A stretch of DNA of 64,000 nucleotides. Source: Octopus sinensis. Its lineage: Eukaryota. The notes under the pieces were generated by a model, which saw nothing but the letters and a program-made list of their open reading frames with translations, did no database searches and was not told where the DNA came from. The DNA is taken from NCBI RefSeq assembly GCF_006345805.1, contig NC_043008.1:28024001-28088000 (forward strand). The letters run 5' to 3'. Of the stretch, positions 52,501 to 64,000 are shown piece by piece. Position numbers and translations under genes: made by a program. Each line of letters opens with the position of its first letter. Within the stretch, counting starts at the first letter, position 1.

Positions 52501-53400
52501 CAAGCGTCTGAAGGAATGCAGTATAGGAGTCCTTCAACGAAGCTATAATATCTGCTGCAGACGAAGTCATAGTCTATGCAAAATACCAGATCCAAGAGTG
52601 GTTCGTTGAAAACAGTGAATATAACGAACTTCTGATCAATATGAAAAGAAGAGAACATATTGCTTTCGAAAACCATCCTACGAGTGGTAAAAAAAAATGC
52701 CGAAGACAAGAAATGCTAATATACTAAATGAACCTCAGAGAATCACAGAATTCCTGGCGACAAGCAGAGGCTGCTGAACTCTTGTAATATTTAAAAACCT
52801 GATAGCTGATGTTAGTAACTCAGTGTCTAACCTCTCATCTTCCGAAGAAATTCTCGAGAAAGCTATATGAGAAATATATGAGAGTAGTGAAAGTAAAAGA
52901 TATGCTTGTTGGAAATGTGCTGATGCTTAATATATAAATTGTAGAAATACTTGGTATTTAAAAGAAGTTTCCTGTAGATAGCGTAAAAACTTAAGGTAGA
53001 GGCAGGAAGAAATCTAACAAATGAGCAGACATTTGTGGATTTCAAAGTGACCGTTAATAAGCCAATGCGGAATATAGCTGTTTAAATTGTGATAGCTAGG
53101 TCTTCAAGTAAACTATCTTACTTTGATATGATTCACTCGTACGGTCTTCTCTTTGAGATCAGAAATGCATTAACCATTTACATGAATGGACACCGTAATG
53201 CTGTGCAAAAAGAAAACCTCTACAAAAACCACTATACATGATGCCCTGACTATTAACTCTGAAAGAAGTATAATCAAAAGTGAAGCAAAGCATTGAATAA
53301 ATAGAACACCAAACAAATTGTAGTAAAAACACTTTTCTCTTTCTGGCGTGTACATTTAGACAAACTTTGGGACAATTACTGAGAATAATATTGCAATAGC

Positions 53401-53440
53401 AATGTCACTGAAGATCATATGCTCCGAACTAGTGTACATA
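53401..53440 (+). ncRNA. Decayed hammerhead-like remnant
   Basis: ATGTCA-CTGAAGA-TCATATGCTCC-GAA-CTAGT-GTACAT. Palindrome ACTAGT; stem II is broken. Confidence 0.25.
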
Positions 53441-54065
53441 CATTTTAAATGGAGAATACATTTAGAGGCATTTTGGTAATGTTTATCGTTGTAAACTCAA
53501 GGAAGATTGCCAAAAAATAAAATAGAATGCGATTTAACAAATCGAAGCGGGATATAGTTCCAATAACAGCGCGTTTTCATGTTGATAAAATGATATAAGA
53601 AGCATGTTATTAAGAGTGCACTATCTATTTGTATTGGACAGATCCAAGACTTGTTCTACTCAAGCTTTCGTATGGGCAGTGGTCATAGTTTAGGTAAAGG
53701 CATTAACTTCTTGGAAACACATATAATCATATAATCTAGCCTTTCAAAACCTAAGATCGATCTGATTCGACTTTCATGGGAAAACCGAAAAATGTAATTT
53801 CAAATAAAATTATATGTTGATACGATTCCTGATATTCCCTCTTCATCATGAGCAGAACATCTCTTAAATATGCATAATTTTGGCTACTATCAAAATCTCA
53901 TCCACAACATTGCTTTTGCCTACGCAATTCACAAAAGAAGGTAAATGAGGAATGATGAACTTACAAACTAGATAGAGTTTCGCAGAGTCAAAAAGAGCAA
54001 GTTTTAAGAATGGAAGATTCTCCGCATTAGACACTCTCCCTCTCCCTCCCCTCTTTCTCTCTATT

Positions 54066-54165
<100 letters not shown>

Positions 54166-55292
54166 TGTGTATGTGTGCGTCTGCATATATATATATATAA
54201 ATATATATAATGTACCTGCGCGTGCTTTGATTCCTGTTTGTCCACACACCACTTTACTGCTGTTGGTTGTGCAACTTATCGGTTCGAAAAAACAGGCCGA
54301 TAAAATACACAATTTACTGTTGTTCGACCACTATATCTTAAGGCGGTGGAGCCGTGGACGATAACGAATTACCCTTTAACATACGCACAAACACACACTC
54401 ATCCACACATTTATATGTAACAACTTTAAACTCCCCGAGTCATTCGACTGCGGCTACAGTAGGGCAACGCCATGAAAAATTGTTGTTAATCGAATAGAAA
54501 AAACTGTACTTTTCGGAAGTATATATAAATATATGAAAATGTATAAACACCAATAGACTTATAGTTTTTCTTTCGACATATTTTATAAGAAGAAGCATAT
54601 AATATTTATAGTGTAGATGGCAAGTTTAGAATTGTACATTGGATATCTACTGGCGGCTATATTGACACGGATGTCAGCGACTTTACACATGTATGTTTAT
54701 AATGTAATAACTCGTGAGTTTAAATCCTATCTTGGCTAACATATAATGATGAATGATGAAAACCAACAGAAATATCTAGCTTAGGGCAATACTGCCCGTT
54801 TAAGAACATAATTACTTATTCGCGTAACCTTGTAACTTATGCTATATATTTGATCACTTCCAACAGTCATTTCATTGAATTTCCTTCCTATTTACTCGAA
54901 TTATGAAATCAATTCTAAAATATTTTACTTTGCTATCACCTTACAAATTTCCTTGTGGCAGATGCATAAGAATTCTGTTTTTAAAGAAATATTTTATGCG
55001 TTTAGGATTCTAGCAAATGAAAAGAAATCTGTATACCACTATCCTTATTTACATAAAGCTGGACATAAAGCTCGTTCTTAAATTTGTTAGAGGATTGTAC
55101 AGCAGTACTGTTGAAATGGTAGTAAATGCTTTAGTACAATTTGCCATCATTTATGTTGGGTTCGATTACAATCTAAGACACATGTTCAAACACCATCTTT
55201 AAATTTCTTTCGTTCAACACATTCTGTAATTCGAAGTCTAAAGATAATTGTAGGGGAAACCGTATTGTAGATCTCTGTGTCTATAGAAATAC

Positions 55293-55326
<34 letters not shown>

Positions 55327-55338
55327 ATGCATTCATGC

Positions 55339-55371
<33 letters not shown>

Positions 55372-55462
55372 TGTATATAGTATATATATATAAATATAAC
55401 AGAGCGACCACTATGGATGTACTATTAAATTAGTATACAACTTCTCACCCTCATTAGTTGTT

Positions 55463-55531
<69 letters not shown>

Positions 55532-55797
55532 AATTCATTTCATTTTTAAACATGGAGCTTGCTTTATTGAGTTTGTCTACGAGTACTAAGTATCCGGTAC
55601 AATATCTATTGTCATCTATTATTATAAAACGGTAATGGAATCCTTTACTGGTTATTTACATTATTTACATTTGACTGATAGTTGTCCTCAACTTGTTTCT
55701 TGTTAACACAACGTTTCGAAATTTCCTCAAGACAACTTGCGGAAATTTCGAACCTGGCTTCTCATCCCTAAGGTATTTTTCGATGTTGTTGTTGTTG

Positions 55798-55864
<67 letters not shown>

Positions 55865-56391
55865 CATTATCTTTATTATTATTCAGGTCACTACCTGCAA
55901 TCGAACACGGAGTATTGGGATTAGTTGCCCCGCTTTTAACCACTAGGCCATATGTTCGTGGGTAGTTATGGAGTGAATTTTAGGTCTCTCCGAAAATATA
56001 CAAAATATAACCGGCCCATTTGACACCAGGAAAGAATTCAAGAGTAATACAACACTTCGCAAATATCTCCGAGTAAAACAACTAATAGAAGAGAATATGA
56101 CCAAGAACTATGTGTATTCCATCCCATGTAGCTGTGGTAGGTTATGCAAAGGCGAAACATGCCACCCACTGAAAATAAGGGTAGACGCACATCGTTAAGC
56201 TATGACACGAAGAGATATTGATAAATCGGATATAGCTGATCATGTATGGGAAAATGAAGACCACCTCTTCCTGTGGCATGAAGTTAATAAAATAGAGAAC
56301 ACCACTGGAAAATAGGTAAACTAAAAAAAGCAGCACATAGTTTAGGACACAACGAACTCCTAAGCAGATCGAGTGCAGATATGAATAACAT

Positions 56392-56456
56392 ATGGCGTAG
56401 TGGTTAAGAGCGCGGGCTCCTAACCCCAAGATTTCGATATCAATACCAGATAGTGA

Positions 56457-56460
<4 letters not shown>
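56392..56460 (+). promoter_or_regulatory. tRNA-like Pol III promoter at the start of the PLE pseudo-LTR
   Basis: A box TGGCGTAGTGG with decayed B box. The inverted copy at 55890-55953 reads TGGCCTAGTGG...GTTCGATTGC. Confidence 0.55.
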
Positions 56461-56492
<32 letters not shown>

Positions 56493-56521
56493 TAATAAAA
56501 ATAATAATAATAATAATAATA

Positions 56522-58418
<1,897 letters not shown>

Positions 58419-58419
58419 T

Positions 58420-59394
58420 ATGTTTGACTTTTGCTTTATATTTGTACAAGTTGGCTCCAAGTCTCACCCAGAGACATCAAGAGACAACAGGGTTGGAAGT
58501 TCATGTTGTTGTTATGCCTAGTGTGCCATATATTTGGGGGTGGGTGGGGGTGTTGTACTAATGAATGTCTAAAAAAAAATTTTTTTTTTGTTTTTAAACC
58601 GAAATTTATGTTTGTTTTAAACCTTGAGATTACATAGAAAGTATTTTGCGTAGGATATGAGCAGTTCCCATGAGCACTATCTTTTGAATTTCTGCCATTT
58701 TTGGGTTTCCTGGTATCTGAGTTAGGTAGCTATTAGCTCCTTTTGCTATCATGCCCAGGGCACCTATGACAACAGGTATTTTTTTAGTCTTCAGCTTCCA
58801 CATTTTGCTGATTTCTATTTCAAGATCTTTATATTTGCTCAGTTTTTGGTAGGTCTTGACAGATACGTTTATATCGATTGGGACAGTCATATCAATGAGG
58901 AGGCATGTTCTTTGTTTGAAGTCTTTCAATATGATGTCTGGCCTATTTGCATCTATCTTTCTGTCAGTTTGAATGATGAAGTTCCAGAGGAGTGAGATGT
59001 GGTCATTTTCAAGCACTGAGGGTGGTTTGTGTTCCCACCAGTTTTTTTCATGGGGCAAATCCAGGTTTTTACAGATTACCCAGTGAATATATTGTGCAGC
59101 TCGATCGTGCCTGTTGAGATACTCTGTAGGCGCTAGAAGACTGCACTTGGAGACCACATGGTCAATGGTTTCATTTTGTTGCTTGCATACACGACACGTT
59201 GGACTGCTTCTGATCTTTAATATGTTGGCCTGGTAGTTTCTTGTTGGTAGGCATTGATCTTGAGCTGCTATGATAAACCCCTCTGTTTCAGATTTTAAGC
59301 CAGAGGTCATTAGCCATTGATGGGTCAGGGCTTTGTCAACATCTGCATTATTTGCTCTCTTTGGGTATTTGCCATAGAGAGGTTTTTCTTGCCA

Positions 59395-59395
<1 letters not shown>
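58420..59395 (-). mobile_element. 5'-truncated R4/Dong-clade LINE inserted in (TAA)n
   Basis: Uninterrupted ORF end plus ~200-bp 3' UTR ending in a (TAA)n tail. Confidence 0.92.
58630..59394 (-). CDS. C-terminal 254 aa of R4/Dong ORF: CCHC knuckle and restriction-like endonuclease (truncated, no native start)
   Basis: CRVCKQQNETIDHVVSKC (CCHC), RHD, ANRPDIIL..LIDMTVP..KLSKY (PD-D/ExK-like). The open frame extends 28 codons upstream of the listed Met to the truncation point. Confidence 0.88.
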   Translation of the reverse strand, partial: WQEKPLYGKYPKRANNADVDKALTHQWLMTSGLKSETEGFIIAAQDQCLPTRNYQANILKIRSSPTCRVCKQQNETIDHVVSKCSLLAPTEYLNRHDRAAQYIHWVICKNLDLPHEKNWWEHKPPSVLENDHISLLWNFIIQTDRKIDANRPDIILKDFKQRTCLLIDMTVPIDINVSVKTYQKLSKYKDLEIEISKMWKLKTKKIPVVIGALGMIAKGANSYLTQIPGNPKMAEIQKIVLMGTAHILRKILSM

Positions 59396-59487
<92 letters not shown>

Positions 59488-59524
59488 TACTATTATTATT
59501 ATTATTATATTATTATTATTATTA

Positions 59525-59588
<64 letters not shown>
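59396..59588. repeat. (TAT)n microsatellite
   Basis: Directly visible. Dozens of other (TA)n, (CA)n, (TATC)n, (GAT)n and (AAT)n tracts occur across the window. Confidence 0.95.
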
Positions 59589-59589
<1 letters not shown>

Positions 59590-60180
59590 GTTTGAATTTT
59601 GCTTCTATTTGTACAAGTTGAATACAAGTCTTACCCAGGGACCTCAAGACAAATCAAGTTCGAAGATCATGTTGGTGTTATTCCTAGGTTGTCAAATATT
59701 TGGTTTTGCACATAGTATTGTTCTAAAGAATGTTTAAGAATTCAAGAAAAATTATGAGTTTGTTTAAAATTATGAGTTTGTTTAAAATTATGGGTTTGTT
59801 TCATAGACAGTATTTGACATGGGATATCGACAGTTCCTATAAGTACTACCTTTTAAATTTTTGTCATTTGGGGTTTCCTGGTATCTGGGCTAGGTAGCAA
59901 TCAACGCATTTTGCTATTATTCCTAGGACACCTATAAGAACGGATATGGTTTTAGTTTACAAGACACACACTTTGCCAATTTCTATTTCATATGTTTAAT
60001 TACTCAGTTTTGTTAGGTGTTGACAGGTACATTTTTTTCGATTGGAACAGTCATATCAATGAGGAGGCATGCTTTTTATGTATTTGGCCTATTCGCATTT
60101 ACCTTTCTATCAGTTTGAATGGTGAAGTTCCAGAGGAGTGAAATGTGATCATTTTCAAGCCCTGAGGGCGGTTTGTGTTA
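59590..60180 (-). mobile_element. Older, deleted R4/Dong 3' fragment
   Basis: Collinear with 58420-59040 with deletions and substitutions; adjacent to (TAT)n. Confidence 0.8.
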
Positions 60181-61037
60181 CCTTTAATTTTGTGTTACCA
60201 GGTTATTTTTCCGATTTTCTTCTGATTCTTAGCTTACAACTAATATAATGATTTATCGCCCCAATATTCCATAAGTAAATACCCGAGCAATCTTTATGGA
60301 GACCAACTTATAGGTACATAATTAAGTATAGGTATGAATATTAAACTAATTCTATGTAATCTTCCCTTTCTAATTTTGAAAATTGGTATATATACACAGT
60401 TTATCTATTCTGGTTATAGTACAATTTTTAGTAATCTTAAATTTTATCTTCATACAACATAACAATATTGTTTATATACAATCATCCATTGTACTCCATG
60501 ATAATTTCTTCTGTATTAACATCATATGCTTTATTAGCGTCGTCCCTTTTAACTGGTATCAACATATTGCTTTAGTGTCTTCTCCTAACCTACCTACTTT
60601 ATAGACAGTTAGATATACATTTTCTACAATCAAGGCAATATTTATGGCGATGCCCAACTATAAACTGTCAACTCACTCTCACTATCCATTCTAAATAGAC
60701 ACTGGCCTTCAGCATTAGATGAGGTAGTAGATAGAAAAAGACTAACGACTTAAAAGTGAACCACAATCATTTACAAGACATGACCCTAACAAACTTCATA
60801 CAGTTCTTAGAAGTCACATCAGTAGCAACATGGACGTTCTCCCGCATCTTGCACTGTTAGAGAATTTGAGTAAAATTATATTAATGTGTCCAACTGATTG
60901 AAAAATTATATTTATTTATGCAGCTGAGGATAACCCTGCATTTAAATTGACGTAATGCTTGCATTGTTCAACTAAATGGAGCCACTTGAAACGGTTGTAC
61001 TGCATCAACTCTTGATATACTGTTGCTTATTTTGATC

Positions 61038-61068
<31 letters not shown>

Positions 61069-61094
61069 CATACATACATACTTGCATACATATA

Positions 61095-61372
61095 TTTCCT
61101 GATGTGGCTCCATCTGAAAATTCTCCTTTACCCAATATGGAGAAACACTTGGCTGTGAACCAGTATCACAGTGATGATGACATTTTAGCTTGTATTATTG
61201 ACATTTTTCTCCAACTAATTAAAGCTCCTTCGCCAATGGGATCGAAGCACTGCAACACCTATAGACGAAAAGTATGGAGCGCAGAAAGTATGTTGAAAAA
61301 TACACTTCATTTGGTCACCTTCCATAAGAGTATCTTGGTCAGCCTTATTACTTTTCAGCCGATTGCCCTATG
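61095..61372 (+). mobile_element. mariner (DD34D-type) transposase C-terminus and right TIR remnant
   Basis: PDVAPSENSPLPNMEKHLAVNQYHSDDD resembles the SPDLAPSDY motif, followed by the terminus shared with 7765-7820. Confidence 0.75.
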
Positions 61373-62499
61373 TATGCATGTGTGTGTATATGAGTTTGTT
61401 TCTGTGTATTATATATCTATGTCATATACAAGTGCTTAATTCACCCTAGTATATTCTATAGTATCTTTCAAGATTTCTGGGAATAAGCCTACAGTTTAAT
61501 TAAACTATATCCCGTGAATTGTGTTCTTCAGAATTTCAAAGAAGACCTGCGTCTCATAATAAATATGGCAGAATAGATGTAAGCGTAGCTCACTTGTTAT
61601 TGGAACAGGAAATTTCTACTCGTGTTAGTTCCCCGTGCAGTCCGAATTTAAATGATGCGGGGACTGACAATGCAATTTATCCATCGAAGATTTAAAATAT
61701 GAAGTATCAAACCTTAGTATTGTAATACCGATAACAGCATCTTATAGGTTACTGTATTTGCATCCAAATTAGAAACAGCGGTGATCTGGAAGAGTTGCTT
61801 AGGATATTTTTCTTAATTAATTAGTCAGTATATAGTAGAAGATAAACATGCATCCCTTTAATGTTTGCCTGATCTACCGCAAACAATACTATTTATTAGA
61901 TTTTGAAAGAGGTAAATATAGCTGCTCTTTCTTATACCATTAATGTTAAAAGAAGCAATCATTGTTCTTGCGATTTGATATGGATATCATGTTGTTATTC
62001 TATACCACAGTATAGCTGCACAATATTATTGCGCTCAATAATATAAGAAACAGATAAGCCTTCTCCGTCGTCTTATTCATGTATCATTCCCCTGAATTAC
62101 ATCAATGGCACTACAACTAAAGTTTTCCCTATAAACCCAATTTTCAAACTTCCTTGGCACTATTGTTGAACCAGCTCCTCATATGTTCTCTCCATTACAC
62201 TTTTTGCCTAACATGTGATTTACTACGCGTTATTGAAATGTATAGCGTGTGAAGCCACAGTGCTACAAATCCTGTAGACTTCAGTAAACGTTCTCAGTGA
62301 AAGCCTACTGAGTATCTTACTACATTATGTTGAGTGGTGGGGAATGCTTATCTATATGATATTCAGTTGGTATTCGGTAAAAATCAGCTATTCCTGCAGG
62401 CCTTCTATAATGTTGACAGTCATACAGAAAACTATATCCGAAGAGAAAATGGATGTTTCTGAAGTAGAAAAGAGGGCAATATACTACAAAAAGATTGAT

Positions 62500-62830
62500 A
62501 TGTGAAGTATATAGCGTATGAAACTACCATTACACCAGTTGAAACCGGGCAGAGAGCGACGAAAAATATGTGGGTTTGGTACAAGTTAGTTCAAACAACG
62601 GTACTACTGACATATACATCCTATAAATATCCAGAAAAAAGGACAGCACCGGTTCTTTCAAAACGAGATGGGACCTAAAAAAAAGGAACACCATATAGCA
62701 TCAAATGCAAAATTCTGGATAGATCCAGGCCATTTATCAAAGGAACAAAGATATGTGTACTTATCTAAACTGAGAAGGTGAGTATATTGTAAGGATTCAA
62801 ATCCAGAAATATTCACTAGAACAATAAGCA
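62500..62830 (+). pseudogene. Decayed PLE GIY-YIG endonuclease C-terminal region
   Basis: SYKYPEK..WDLKKK..PYSIKCKILDRSRPF..GTKIC.L..TEK..NNKQD pattern typical of PLE ORF ends. Confidence 0.5.
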
Positions 62831-64000
62831 AGATTTCCAGAACATAGTGGCACATCAAGTTTCACTGTCTATCTGCGGGAAAATATAATGGAATGAACAC
62901 ACAGCTACAAATCTCAACCAATACGTACACACCTTAATCAGCTAATTACACACACATACATACACGCACACACTTACACACATAAGCACACGTACACAAA
63001 CTCTCACACACACACACTCACGCAAACAAATCCACACACACACATAATTATATATTGAACTTGGGAATTATATTGCATTTGGTTTCATTCCCATTAGAAC
63101 TGAAACACCTTTACAATTTCGTTTTTCATCCTGTGAACACTCTATTACGTACATTTTTGTAATATATACAATTAGTGAGAAAATGCATGATCCGGAGAGA
63201 TACAAAATTAAGTATAACATTTAGCTAAGGACCGATCCTAGTACAAGCTCATCTGTCATACAACATTAATAAACAATTTTCATTTATAGCATTTTAACAA
63301 TGGAATGTGATAAATTGTGCCGCATACTCTGACACACAATTAACACATATAATAATATGGTTTCACACGGACACAAAGACATGTTCCATTATTCACTTTT
63401 TTATATACATAAATATGGAAACTATTATTCGTGCTCATGTGTACATATCATTGTGTGCGTGTGTGTGCGTCTGTTTGTGCGTGTGCGTTTGATTGTGTGT
63501 GTGTTCATGTGTGACAGTGAGTGCCAACGTGTATGTATGCATACAAGGCTGTTTTCATGCCAGCCGATAATTAAATCTTGTTGAGGTGTATTAAGTGCTC
63601 ACATTGTGTTGTATATTGCTGCTACATTGATAATTGTCCATCAACTCTCACACTCTCATACATATACTCACTGTCTATATTATACATATTAGATTACAGG
63701 ACATTTTAAAAAATTACCTTTCACGGTGCAATTTTCGTTCTTTTATAGTTTCTCTCAATTCTGTTTATTGCCTCCATCAGAGACTGAATTTATATTTTTG
63801 CAATTGTTTGTTGATGATTAGGGAATTCATTGTAATGATATTATGACACTAAACCTATACCAAATGTATCTTATAAAGATTACTTGATGCTTCCTTACGT
63901 TTTTGAAATCTTGTTTACATGACAATCAGTAAATGAGAAACATAATAATATTATAAACTAGAGCTTAGAATACAATACCCGGTTAAACTGTAAATATATT

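Noticed and set aside
61980-62240. Possible piggyBac transposase remnant on the minus strand
   Set aside because: Similarity is too faint to call without a search.

Overview
AT-rich, microsatellite-saturated eukaryotic DNA with no host protein-coding gene I can support. The SINE and repeat content resembles an octopus/cephalopod genome (inference, not verified). The window is a mosaic of transposable elements: maT (DD37D) and mariner remnants, a piggyBac remnant, non-autonomous Helitrons, two tRNA-derived SINE families, Tx1/L1, RTE and CR1/L2-like LINE remnants, four R4/Dong fragments in (TAA)n arrays, and several Penelope-like elements (PLEs). The main unexplained signal is a dense set of type-I hammerhead ribozyme (HHR) motifs with minimal, palindromic stem III. 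These include a non-coding ~550-bp unit in 5+ tandem copies (20931-23940, one HHR per unit), a second ~490-nt HHR unit (106-944), and a young Neptune-type PLE whose HHR carries the compensatory U3-A8 core. Together they look like a retrozyme-like system of non-autonomous HHR RNAs mobilised by PLEs into (TA)n tracts. All HHR folds were derived by eye and are untested. Near-identical repeat copies differ by single-base indels, so the assembly probably has long-read indel noise and some frameshifts may be artefacts. Most short ORFs in the track are microsatellite translations.
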